Below are positions 43,635-56,402 of a DNA stretch of 64,000 bases, one piece after another (position 1 is the stretch's first letter; every line of letters starts with the position of its first letter). The DNA is taken from positions 6,448,001 to 6,512,000 of the forward strand of contig OZ024746.1 of the NCBI GenBank assembly GCA_964016885.1. The letters are read 5' to 3'. Both the position numbers and the translations under genes were made by a program. The notes beneath the pieces are model-generated. The model saw only the letters and a list, made by a program, of their open reading frames with translations, was not told the DNA's origin and did no database searches. The DNA is from Eledone cirrhosa. Lineage: Eukaryota.

Positions 43635-44356
43635 CACTGGGAACATTTTCTGTTGTCATAAGATTGAAAATAACAGATTTGTATAGTTTTTTACGTGTTA
43701 AATCAGAATTTAGTGTCAGTGGGAATCTATATTTTGAAAACCCAAATAGTTACATGTGCTACAGCATCCTTGAGAAGAAAGGTTTGTTCTTTTTAAAGGG
43801 GCTTAATTTGTTTCTGTAGTTTGCAGCAGACATGTAGTCAGCAAGCAAACTGTATTGGTAACGCTTTACTATAGTAAGAATAATCTAATGAAAGTTCCCT
43901 CCATGTTCGTCTCTTACAACTCACAAGAACCCTGACTGACATATTGCATTCCATTTTTGGTAAGACTTAAGAAAGTTTCCTACTATTTCAGAACAGGTTT
44001 TAGCTTTGTAATTTCTCAAACGTCTAGCACAAACCCTATTGAAACTTTGCCACGCAGATTTGTCAGCATCATCCATATCCCCATCAGATACCTCATATTC
44101 AGCAGCATCCATATCCCCATCAGATACCTCATATTCAGCAGCATCCATATCCCCATCAGATACCTCATATCTGAATATTTCTCTCAACGCCTATAAACTA
44201 TCATTAATTGTTCAGATATTTGAGTCAAGTTTGTGCTTCATTCATCGCTGTAACGAGGTCTTTCATAAGTTCAAGCTTGATATACAAAAGAGGAATTCAT
44301 ATTTTCACATTGTTACTCATTCCCATTGTGTTCTTATCCAAAAGACCCCATCAGTG
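43635..44356 (-). pseudogene. Decayed Chapaev3-like transposase fragment with an in-frame 36-bp triplication
   Basis: AWQSFNRVCARRLRNYKAKTCSEIVGNFLKSYQ..CNMS and downstream LLADY resemble the Chapaev3-type C-terminal motifs as I recall them. TTA-CACTG at the left end; 3x36 bp at ~44064-44170. Confidence 0.55.
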
Positions 44357-44539
44357 AATTAACATCTTTATAGTGTACAGGTTCAGCTACCCGACGAGAG
44401 AACCATTCTTTGACGTCATCAAAGGTGTGGAAATCGCAAACTTCAGTATCATGTTACATAAGGTTTCATTCGTTTTATTCCAAATCAAAATGTTCCTAAT
44501 AAAATTTACATGAAAATTAGATGAAAAGATACAGTTTTT

Positions 44540-44660
44540 TTTCTTCTTCTTCTTCTTCTTCTTCTTCTTCTTCTTCTTCTTCTTCTTCTTGAGAGGGTGA
44601 GTAGAGTCCTCAAACACTCCTTCCAGCGGGTTCTGCCAGAAGCACCAGTTTCCAACATAT
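44540..44660 (-). mobile_element. RTE-like LINE 3' tail
   Basis: (CTT)n...AGAGTCCTCAAACACTCCTTCCAGCGGG. Confidence 0.6.
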
Positions 44661-44686
44661 TCTGTTAATATCAAAATCTTTAATTA

Positions 44687-45053
44687 CACCGTGTAACAAA
44701 AAAGTTTTTTTTCTCTGTTCCTGGCTTGTAATCACTTTTTTGTGTTGCTTAGGTCCCAAATAAATAAAAAAAAAGTGCTATTAAACAGTTAAAAGTTGGG
44801 GTTTGTAAAAATTCTAAGCTATTCACTAGGATTTTACATTGTATGTAAGTTTAATTTGCTTATGTTAAATGATTTTTTATATATGTTTCAGGTTAAATTA
44901 AAATTATAAAATAAAGAGTAATACCTAAAGAAAATTATAAAAGTGCAATAAAGTATAAAATTGTTAAAAAGTGGATTAAAGACATTTATTGATACTGAAT
45001 TTTGCACCCTGAATAAAGGGTAAGTTGTGTTTTAAGCACGGTGTTACACGGTG
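44687..45053. mobile_element. Non-autonomous Chapaev3-like element
   Basis: Perfect TIRs CACCGTGTAACA / TGTTACACGGTG flanked by a 3-bp TTA duplication. Confidence 0.7.
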
Positions 45054-45191
45054 TTATAGTTTTATTAATTAATACATCATTTTTTATTCGATTAATGTAC
45101 TAAATGGGGTAAAAAGAAACGAACACACCATCAAAAGAAAAGCAAACATGTCAGAACAAATTTGATTAACATTTCGATGTAGCTAGAAAAT

Positions 45192-45440
45192 TTAAACTGC
45201 TGCTGCATTTCGGGCGGAGGAGGGTAAACTCTCCAAATATCGGACACTCTCCAACAGGTTTGCGTTCGAGCCCGAAGCAGTGGAGACTTCTGGTGTCCTT
45301 GACCATAGAACCACCTCTCTACTCACCACCATCGTCACAGTGTTGGCTAACCGCAAGTGTGAACCTTGCGAGCAGGAATGTCTATTCCAGCGCGTCTCCC
45401 CCACCATCCTCCGGGGAAACGCCTCATCTATTCTGTCATC
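45192..45440 (+). pseudogene. CRE-clade non-LTR retrotransposon C-terminal (restriction-like endonuclease) fragment
   Basis: AVETSGVL...LFQRVSPTILRGNASSIL resembles the CRE C-terminal motif AVETLG...LFQRLSIAIQRGNAASIL. Confidence 0.65.
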
Positions 45441-45859
45441 CGGGGCAGTAGGGCGGCCAGCGCATGGGCCCCTATTTGCTTATAATAGTGAGAGATAGGG
45501 AGAAGGAGAGAGAGACGGAGGTAGTGACAATGGGAATTTGATCCATTATGCTTAGATCATGTTGTCTTCTATAAAAACATATCTTATATGGCGGGTATAT
45601 CTCACAGTTTTATTTATATTTCTTATGTTAACATGACAAAAGCTTATATACTGCATCATTTTATGTTTCTGGAATTTTCCAATATATAGGAATCAGCTAG
45701 GTGTATTATCGATTTTTTGGTAATCATTTTAACGCATATTTAGATTTTTTTCATCTCGCTGTATGTTCTTTACATCCATACACAGGTTTACCGATAGCCA
45801 GCCTCCCGCTGAATATAGATTGCTGTGTTTCATAAATTGGTGATAAATAGCTGATCACA

Positions 45860-45860
45860 A

Positions 45861-45899
<39 letters not shown>

Positions 45900-45941
45900 G
45901 CCAACACCACCACTACTACAAATACTACCACTACTACAACA

Positions 45942-45986
<45 letters not shown>

Positions 45987-46028
45987 GCCAACACCACCAC
46001 TACTACAAATACTACCACTACTACAACA

Positions 46029-46070
<42 letters not shown>

Positions 46071-46308
46071 GCCAACAGCAACACTACTACAAATACTACC
46101 ACTACTACAACAACAACTAGTACTACAACTACTACTGCTACTACAACTACCACCGCCAACACCACCACTACTACAAATACTACCACTACTACAACAACAA
46201 CTACTACTACAACTACTACTGCTACTACAACTACCACCGCCAACACCACCACTACTACAAATACTACCACTACTACAACTACTACTACTACTACTACAAC
46301 TACTACTG

Positions 46309-46339
<31 letters not shown>

Positions 46340-46432
46340 CACTACCACTACTACTACTACTACCACTACCACCACCACTACCACTACTACAAATACTACC
46401 ACTACTACCACTACTACCACCACTACTACTAT
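45860..46432. repeat. Compound (ACT/ACC/ACA)n trinucleotide repeat with recurring cassette ACCACCGCCAACACCACCACTACTACAAATACTACC
   Basis: Directly visible; the cassette recurs about five times. Confidence 0.9.
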
Positions 46433-46699
46433 TAGTAGTGGTGGTAGTAGTGGTAGTGGAGGGTAGTACTGCCTTGGAAGGCAATACTACCCTCTCCCCC
46501 TGATATTCCAAGAAGTTGATGAAGAATTGGCTAAACAGGAAAGCGTCCAACACAACTGCCATGGTCACCAGCCATATGTAACCCTAACTCTAACCCTTAC
46601 CCTAACCCTAAGCTTCCCGGTTAAAAGGCGGCGGTGGGGTGACCTTCACAATGGGTTCAGCTGATCCGCCCCTCTCCCGACAACAGCCCTTCCACATAA

Positions 46700-46834
46700 A
46701 CCCACAGGTCACCAATGCTCGGAAACTGAGTGAGTGGCTATAGGAGGTTTGGCGGACTCTTCCCTCAAGACCCACCCAGGAATAAGTGAGTGAAGAAGAA
46801 GAAGAAGAAGAAGAAGAAGAAGAAGAAGAAGAAG

Positions 46835-46864
<30 letters not shown>
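46700..46864 (+). mobile_element. RTE-like LINE 3' tail with (GAA)n
   Basis: GGACTCTTCCCTCAAGACCC...GAATAAGTGAGT(GAA)n, homologous to the other tails. Confidence 0.55.
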
Positions 46865-46865
<1 letters not shown>

Positions 46866-48369
46866 GTTGCTTTATTGATTTCTTACAGTAAATTTCCTTC
46901 CTGATCCGACCCTATATATTTCGTTTTGTGTTTGAGACAGCTTTTAATTCCACTGTAGTTAGATGGGAGTTGCTTTACTCTATTTAACCCTAGCATGACT
47001 CTACATTTATGTTTAATAGCTTCAGTAACTTGAAATTTTTATCGGGGCATTCGTATTGTGTGGAATTGAATAAAATTTGGTTTCCAGATTAATTTGAAGA
47101 GAAAACGTGATATATGGTATCAGTGTGTCATTATCTCTATCAGTTTGTATAGAATTGTGAGAAAAATAGTCCTGCAATGCGCATGTACTGAATTATTTCG
47201 TGGTAGAAATATTGAAACAAAATGAAAATGTTTCTCTTTATAACCAAGGCAAGTGTGTTTGAATTGAAACTACTGTAAACTAAGCTGCATAATTAACATT
47301 GATATCAGGCCACATCTATAATACTGGCAAAACACTGAATAATATTTGCTGTTTAAATGTTTAAGAAGCGCAGAGAAATGGTTTACCATTTCTATGAATA
47401 CATTTTCTCTTTAATCTGTAAATGTAAATCCATGAAGAAATAGTGACTTTTAAAGGAACTGAATGAAGGCAAAATTTAAAGATCGTAGAATTTTATAAAC
47501 TGTCTTTTTTCTCAACAGTTTAATTTATCGCATTCCACAGCATCTTGAAACGGACATCAGAAACGGAATAAGATATCACGGTAGTAATCAATTATAAAAT
47601 AAAATCATAGAAAATATAGGAATATGGATTCTGTTAAAAAAAATATATATTTCTCTAAACTAAAGATAAGCATTATCAAAAGCACAAATGGAAAATGATG
47701 AATTATAAAGTTTACGAAACAAATGCAATTCGTTCTAACATTACTAGATCGAGTTTCAGTTATTTATGTTAACGTCGCTGCGGATTGGTTTTACTCTGAA
47801 GTTGAAACACGCTAGTATTACATAGCTTCAATATTTAGAAATGGGTCCTCCCATTTGAAACTATTGGTTGTTTTATACACATCATCCCATACGCGGCCCA
47901 ACTCTTGAGTGTTTTGTGCAGGGATTTTTAGCTGTTCTCCTCTAGCGTAGGCCAATAAATTGCCACTTTTAATGTCTGGTATCTGGGTGGGAGGTGATAG
48001 ATGTGTCCAGCTAATCGGAACTGGCATCCTACCCTAATCTGGCTAGAACGTGGATATTCGGTATATTTATTCTGTTATGAGGTCATATATTGTTAGAAAG
48101 TGGGTCTGAAGTATTAAGCAGTGTGATTCCTCACCATATGTTGCAAAAAGATAAGTTTTTTCTGTCTGTTATAATAGCACTTTCTTGCCATACTGATGGC
48201 AATTCTGTTGTCAGAAGTAGTTCGTCAAACTATTCTCTTCTGCTGTTATTTCTTACAGTTTCAGATATTTAAACTTAGTTCATATTCAGTCAGCATCATT
48301 TTACTTGGGTGAAGCTGATATGTAGCGAACATTTTTAAATAACATTTTGCTTTTCATTACTAAAACCAC

Positions 48370-48740
48370 TTTGAGTTCAAATCCCGCCGAGGTTAACTTT
48401 GCCTTTTATCCTTATGGGGTCGATAAAATAAATTACCAGTAATACACTGGGGTCGATTTAATTGACTTTCCTCTCCTCCAAAATTTCTGGCCCTGTGCCT
48501 ATATAAGAAACCATTATTAAAACCACTTTTAGGGCGGTGGATTGGCAGTATCGGTAGAGCGTCGGACAATATGCATCGTAACATAGAGTTATGGCCCTTT
48601 ACGTTCTGAGTTCAAATCCCGCCGAGGTTAACTTTAACTTTGATCCTTACGGGGTCGATAAATAAAACACCAGTAATGCACTGGGTTCGATTTAATCGAC
48701 TTTCCCCTCCCCTAAAAAAATGGTTGGCCCTTATCAAAAG
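48370..48740 (+). mobile_element. Two tandem Meta-type SINEs (partial 48370-48512; fuller 48531-48740)
   Basis: GAGTTCAAATCCCGCCGAGGTTAACTTT occurs twice. Confidence 0.8.
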
Positions 48741-49247
48741 AACTTTTAACGTAAAGACATATCTTCTCTGCTGTTACAGCGACAATGTACATGTAAATAT
48801 TTCACAAACGATGTGTTTGTCGCATTTAATTATCAATGTTATCAACATATATTTAAAACAAATAAAGCATAAATAAAGAATGTGATTTACTCGCTCTATA
48901 AAACAGAGATTATTGAACAAGTCAATAAACAAAACTGATAATAAAATAATATAATCCTGAGAACCATGAAATTGGTTTTATCCAAGATAGCAATTATTGT
49001 TTTTATAAGGAATTGATAAAATCACTTATGAATGTCTTAACCTGAGGAACATGAAATTTATGAGTTCACAATGAAATTGGCGTAATGAATATTATTTCAA
49101 TGAAAGGAAATATTGTAGATAATTACATTTTAGAGTATAACAAGTATGAACTCATCAAGCTCGGTGTTATTGTAGAGAAACATGATGATTAAATCCATTC
49201 TAAAGGTTCCCATGTAGTCCCCTTCAACTTAACTTCATATATCTGAC

Positions 49248-52200
49248 AGTGATGAACTGACAGTCGTTAGAACGTCGATAGAACACTTTGTGGTGGTGAA
49301 GTGACAGTCGTTAGAACGAGGGTAGAATACTTTGTGGTGGTAAACTGACAGTCGTTAGAATGTCGATAGAACACTTCGTGGTGGTGAACTGACAGTCGTT
49401 AGAACGTCGATAGAACACTTTGTGGTGGTAAACTGTCAGTCGTTAGAATGTCGATAGAACACTTTGTGGTGGTAAACTGTCAGTCGTTAGAACGTCGATA
49501 GAACACTTTGTGGTGGTGAAGTGACAGTCGTTAGAACGTCGATAGAACACTTTGTGGTGGTAAACTGTCAGTCGTTAGAATGTCGATAGAACACTTTGTG
49601 GTGGTGAACTGACACTAGTTAGAACGTCGATAGAACACTTTGTGGTGGTGAACTGACGGTCGTTAGAACGTCGATAGAACACTTTGTACTTGTGAAGTGA
49701 CAGTCGTTAGAACGTCGATAGAACATTTTGTGGTGGGGAACTGACACTAGTTAGAACGTCGATAGAACACTTTGTGGTGGTGAACTGACACTAGTTAGAA
49801 CGTCGATAGAACACTTTATGGTGGTAAACTGACAGTCGTTAGAACGTCGATAGAATACTCTGTGGTTGTGAACTGACAGTCGTTAGAATGTCGATAGAAC
49901 ACTTTGTGGTGGTGAACTGACAGTCGTTAGAACGTCGATAGAACACTTTGTGGTGGTGAACTGACACTAGTTAGAACGTCGATAGAATACTCTGTGGTTG
50001 TGAACTGACAGTCGTTAGAATGTCGATAGAACACTTTGTGGTGGTGAAGTGACAGTCGTTAGAACGTGGGTAGAATACTTTGTACTGGTGAAGTGACAGT
50101 CGTTAGAACGTGGGTAGAATACTTTTTGGTGGTAAACTGAGTCGTTAGAACGTGGGTAGAATAATTTGTGGCGGTAAACTGACAGTCGTTAGAACGTCGA
50201 TAGAACACTTTGTACTGGTGAAGTGACAGTCGTTAGAACGTCGATAGAACACTTTGTGGTGGTGAACTGACAGTCGTTAGAACGTCGATAGAACACTTTG
50301 TACTGGTGAACTGACAGTCGTTAGAACGTCGATAGAACACTTTGTGGTGGTGAACTGACAGTCGTTAGAACGTCGATAGAACACTTTGTGGTGGTGAACT
50401 GACAGTCGTTAGAACGTCGATAGAACACTTTGTGGTGGTGAACTGACAGTCGTTAGAACGTCGATAGAACACTTTGTACTGGTGAAGTGACAGTCGTTAG
50501 AACGTCGATAGAACACTTTGTACTGGTGAACTGACAGTCGTTAGAACGTCGATAGAACACTTTGTGGTGGTGAACTGACAGTCGTTAGAACGTCGATAGA
50601 ACACTTTGTGGTGGTGAACTGACAGTCGTTAGAACGTCGATAGAACACTTTGTACTGGTGAACTGACAGTCGTTAGAACGTCGATAGAACACTTTGTACT
50701 GGTGAACTGACAGTCGTTAGAACGTCGATAGAACACTTTGTGGTGGTGAACTGACAGTCGTTAGAACGTCGATAGAACACTTTGTACTGGTGAACTGACA
50801 GTCGTTAGAACGTCGATAGAACACTTTGTGGTGGTGAACTGACAGTCGTTAGAACGTCGATAGAACACTTTGTACTGGTGAACTGACAGTCGTTAGAACG
50901 TCGATAGAACACTTTGTGGTGGTGAACTGACAGTCGTTAGAACGTCGATAGAACACTTTGTGGTGGTGAACTGACAGTCGTTAGAACGTCGATAGAACAC
51001 TTTGTGGTGGTGAACTGACAGTCGTTAGAACGTCGATAGAACACTTTGTACTGGTGAAGTGACAGTCGTTAGAACGTCGATAGAACACTTTGTACTGGTG
51101 AACTGACAGTCGTTAGAACGTCGATAGAACACTTTGTGGTGGTGAACTGACAGTCGTTAGAACGTCGATAGAACACTTTGTACTGGTGAACTGACAGTCG
51201 TTAGAACGTCGATAGAACACTTTGTGGTGGTGAACTGACAGTCGTTAGAACGTCGATAGAACACTTTGTACTGGTGAACTGACAGTCGTTAGAACGTCGA
51301 TAGAACACTTTGTACTGGTGAACTGACAGTCGTTAGAACGTCGATAGAACACTTTGTGGTGGTGAACTGACAGTCGTTAGAACGTCGATAGAACACTTTG
51401 TACTGGTGAACTGACAGTCGTTAGAACGTCGATAGAACACTTTGTGGTGGTGAACTGACAGTCGTTAGAACGTCGATAGAACACTTTGTACTGGTGAACT
51501 GACAGTCGTTAGAACGTCGATAGAACACTTTGTGGTGGTGAACTGACAGTCGTTAGAACGTCGATAGAACACTTTGTGGTGGTGAACTGACAGTCGTTAG
51601 AACGTCGATAGAACACTTTGTACTGGTGAACTGACAGTCGTTAGAACGTCGATAGAACACTTTGTGGTGGTGAACTGACAGTCGTTAGAACGTCGATAGA
51701 ACACTTTGTACTGGTGAACTGACAGTCGTTAGAACGTCGATAGAACACTTTGTACTGGTGAACTGACAGTCGTTAGAACGTCGATAGAACACTTTGTGGT
51801 GGTGAAGTGACAGTCGTTAGAACGTCGATAGAACACTTTGTACTGGTGAACTGACAGTCGTTAGAACGTCGATAGAACACTTTGTGGTGGTGAACTGACG
51901 GTCGTTAGAACGTCGATAGAACACTTTGTACTGGTGAACTGACAGTCGTTAGAACGTCGATAGAACACTTTGTACTGGTGAACTGACAGTCGTTAGAACG
52001 TCGATAGAACACTTTGTACTGGTGAAGTGACAGTCGTTAGAACGTCGATAGAACACTTTGTACTGGTGAACTGACAGTCGTTAGAACGTCGATAGAACAC
52101 TTTGTGGTGGTGAACTGACAGTCGTTAGAACGTCGATAGAACACTTTGTACTGGTGAACTGACAGTCGTTAGAACGTCGATAGAACACTTTGTACTGGTG

Positions 52201-54756
52201 AACTGACAGTCGTTAGAACGTCGATAGAACACTTTGTGGTGGTGAACTGACAGTCGTTAGAACGTCGATAGAACACTTTGTACTGGTGAACTGACAGTCG
52301 TTAGAACGTCGATAGAACACTTTGTGGTGGTGAACTGACAGTCGTTAGAACGTCGATAGAACACTTTGTACTGGTGAACTGACAGTCGTTAGAACGTCGA
52401 TAGAACACTTTGTGGTGGTGAACTGACAGTCGTTAGAACGTCGATAGAACACTTTGTACTGGTGAACTGACAGTCGTTAGAACGTCGATAGAACACTTTG
52501 TACTGGTGAACTGACAGTCGTTAGAACGTCGATAGAACACTTAGTACTGGTGAACTGACAGTCGTTAGAACGTCGATAGAACACTTTGTGGTGGTGAACT
52601 GACAGTCGTTAGAACGTCGATAGAACACTTTGTACTGGTGAAGTGACAGTCGTTAGAACGTCGATAGAACACTTTGTGGTGGTGAACTGACAGTCGTTAG
52701 AACGTCGATAGAACACTTTGTACTGGTGAAGTGACAGTCGTTAGAACGTCGATAGAACACTTTGTGGTGGTGAACTGACAGTCGTTAGAACGTCGATAGA
52801 ACACTTTGTACTGGTGAACTGACAGTCGTTAGAACGTCGATAGAACACTTTGTACTGGTGAACTGACAGTCGTTAGAACGTCGATAGAACACTTAGTACT
52901 GGTGAACTGACAGTCGTTAGAACGTCGATAGAACACTTTGTGGTGGTGAACTGACAGTCGTTAGAACGTCGATAGAACACTTTGTACTGGTGAAGTGACA
53001 GTCGTTAGAACGTCGATAGAACACTTTGTGGTGGTGAACTGACAGTCGTTAGAACGTCGATAGAACACTTTGTACTGGTGAAGTGACAGTCGTTAGAACG
53101 TCGATAGAACACTTTGTGGTGGTGAACTGACAGTCGTTAGAACGTCGATAGAACACTTTGTACTGGTGAACTGACAGTCGTTAGAACGTCGATAGAACAC
53201 TTAGTACTGGTGAACTGACAGTCGTTAGAACGTCGATAGAACACTTTGTGGTGGTGAACTGACAGTCGTTAGAACGTCGATAGAACACTTTGTACTGGTG
53301 AAGTGACAGTCGTTAGAACGTCGATAGAACACTTTGTGGTGGTGAACTGACAGTCGTTAGAACATCCATAGAATGCTATGTGGCGGTGAACTGACAGTCG
53401 TTAGAACGTCGATAGAACACTTTGTGGTGGTGAACTGACAGTCGTTAGAACGTCGATAGAACACTTTGTACTGGTGAACTGACAGTCGTTAGAACGTCGA
53501 TAGAACACTTTGTACTGGTGAACTGACAGTCGTTAGAACGTCGATAGAACACTTTGTACTGGTGAACTGACAGTCGTTAGAACGTCGATAGAACACTTAG
53601 TACTGGTGAACTGACAGTCGTTAGAACGTCGATAGAACACTTTGTGGTGGTGAACTGACAGTCGTTAGAACGTCGATAGAACACTTAGTACTGGTGAACT
53701 GACAGTCGTTAGAACGTCGATAGAACACTTTGTGGTGGTGAAGTGACAGTCGTTAGAACGTCGATAGAACACTTTGTGGTGGTGAACTGACAGTCGTTAG
53801 AACGTCGATAGAACACTTTGTACTGGTGAACTGACAGTCGTTAGAACGTCGATAGAACACTTAGTACTGGTGAACTGACAGTCGTTAGAACGTCGATAGA
53901 ACACTTTGTGGTGGTGAACTGACAGTCGTTAGAACGTCGATAGAACACTTTGTACTGGTGAAGTGACAGTCGTTAGAACGTCGATAGAACACTTTGTGGT
54001 GGTGAACTGACAGTCGTTAGAACGTCGATAGAACACTTAGTACTGGTGAACTGACAGTCGTTAGAACGTCGATAGAACACTTTGTGGTGGTGAACTGACA
54101 GTCGTTAGAACGTCGATAGAACACTTTGTACTGGTGAAGTGACAGTCGTTAGAACGTCGATAGAACACTTTGTACTGGTGAACTGACAGTCGTTAGAACG
54201 TCGATAGAACACTTTGTGGTGGTGAACTGACAGTCGTTAGAACGTCGATAGAACACTTTGTACTGGTGAAGTGACAGTCGTTAGAACGTCGATAGAACAC
54301 TTTGTGGTGGTGAACTGACAGTCGTTAGAACGTCGATAGAACACTTTGTACTGGTGAACTGACAGTCGTTAGAACGTCGATAGAACACTTTGTACTGGTG
54401 AACTGACAGTCGTTAGAACGTCGATAGAACACTTAGTACTGGTGAACTGACAGTCGTTAGAACGTCGATAGAACACTTTGTGGTGGTGAACTGACAGTCG
54501 TTAGAACGTCGATAGAACACTTTGTACTGGTGAAGTGACAGTCGTTAGAACGTCGATAGAACACTTTGTGGTGGTGAACTGACAGTCGTTAGAACGTCGA
54601 TAGAACACTTAGTACTGGTGAACTGACAGTCGTTAGAACGTCGATAGAACACTTTGTGGTGGTGAACTGACAGTCGTTAGAACGTCGATAGAACACTTAG
54701 TACTGGTGAACTGACAGTCGTTAGAACGTCGATAGAACACTTTGTACTGGTGAACT
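49248..54756 (+). repeat. 44-bp tandem satellite, about 125 copies
   Basis: Unit GGTGGTGAACTGACAGTCGTTAGAACGTCGATAGAACACTTTGT; period 44 (e.g. 50341 to 50385). Confidence 0.97.
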
Positions 54757-55054
54757 AGTATAATTAGTAAAATTTGGTGTAAATCTTAGATAGGTAATAT
54801 TTTCAGAAAATATTTAACTCTCGAGACCATTCATGTTGAGTATAATATTGCGCTTATCGTCATGATTTAAACCACGTATATTATTATATTAATTTAATAA
54901 AATCACCATACAAAGACCAATGGACTATGGATATCTATCATTGTGTGTGTGACAGCTCACACCTATGCAGGTTTAACTGGCCTCCTCTAAGGTATATCTC
55001 GTCGGAGGTGTCTTGGGTAATTTAATGATAGGGACCCCAATCCTATCATCTCAT

Positions 55055-55195
55055 TTCTACAGCTGAGTAAACTGGAGCAACGTGAAATAAAGTGTCTTGC
55101 TCAAGGAAACAACACATCACCCGGTCCGAGATTTGAACTCACAACCTTTCAATTGCAAGCCCAATGCTCTAGCCACTAAGCCATGCGCCTTCACA
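55055..55195 (-). mobile_element. CORE-type SINE
   Basis: AAGTGTCTTGCTCAAGGA...TTTGAACTC...CCACTAAGCCATGCGCCTTCAC. Confidence 0.75.
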
Positions 55196-56221
55196 TATCT
55201 ATCATTGCATCAACATAATTAGCATAAATTAGTTTTTAAAGGATATCATTTTTGATTAATTTTATATTATAATCAGTGGTTGAATTATAATTCGTGGCGA
55301 AAACTAATGGGTAAATGTATGTCTTGTTACTGATAATTTAGAAGAAATTCAAAATAAAAATTCAATGAAATACTTTTTTTTTTATTCCATAATCGTGTAT
55401 TACTTGTTTCTTTAATAGTAAGAATTCTAGTGACTTCGTTACTTTTAGTCATTAAACCAACTGGCAGGAGACCCAGCAGTAGACCCCGAGCAAGATGGTT
55501 TGGTAACATCCATGAGTTCGGCTGATGTCGTTTGAGGATGCAACCAGATGCCAATTGTTGGTCGTTAGGTTCCAATAGCTTGTTTTGAAATGAAAAAAAA
55601 TTTATTATTTGGTTTAATGCACTGAGTAGAAGTATTGTTAACTATCGCAAGAATATAGCTTATTATAGAAGTGTGTTGATAGGAATAATGTAAAATTCAG
55701 TTTCAAATGTACATATACGTTACTACAGAAATAACAATGTCAGAAGAACAAATATTATGCCACAATGTCCAATTGTTTCCATACATTGAATTGTTCAACG
55801 CTGTAAATGTTACATTTAATAAAAGACGATAAAGGGTTTTTTTAAACCGGTACAATGCGGTAAAAATTACAAAGGGCAAATGATGACAAATGAAACAAAA
55901 CAAATGTATTTTAGCCTGATATTTCAGGGCTATTACCCTCTTTTCAGATGCGAAACTGAAACAGTCCAAGACAAAATAAACAAGCGACCAGTGTTCTTCC
56001 CAAACACATGTAATGATGTAGTTGGGATGTAACATGAAATGCTCTAGTTTCAATTTTATCTTAGACTTTAGCTCTTTTATCAATATGAGCCGTTTCTAAT
56101 TTCTAGACACAAATGCCTCTCATTTAAAATTTAAGATATTTCTATAAGTATTACATAGTTTGCTACTAGATATTTTGGTGGCCTTATATTATAATAGACT
56201 TTCAGTATTCCTTGTAAATAT

Positions 56222-56402
56222 AATTGTTTCTACTTTAGGCACAAGGCCAGCAATTACCCAGTGCATTACTGGTACTTTATTTTATCGACCCCGTAAGGAT
56301 GAAAGACAAAGTCAACCTCGGCGGGATTTGAACTCAGATCATAAAGGGACGTAACTATGCTGGAAAGCATGGTGTCCGACCCTCTACTGATACTGCCAAT
56401 CC
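56222..56402 (-). mobile_element. Meta-type SINE
   Basis: Same motifs as the other copies. Confidence 0.8.

Noticed and set aside
45830-46568. Poly-Val and Ser/Gly-rich ORFs
   Set aside because: Products of an (ACT)n-type trinucleotide repeat; no splice or domain support.
46580-46612. True telomere or chromosome end
   Set aside because: Only about five degenerate interstitial repeats.
49248-54756. CRISPR-like array
   Set aside because: Units are contiguous with no unique spacers, there are no cas genes and the context is eukaryotic. It is a tandem satellite.
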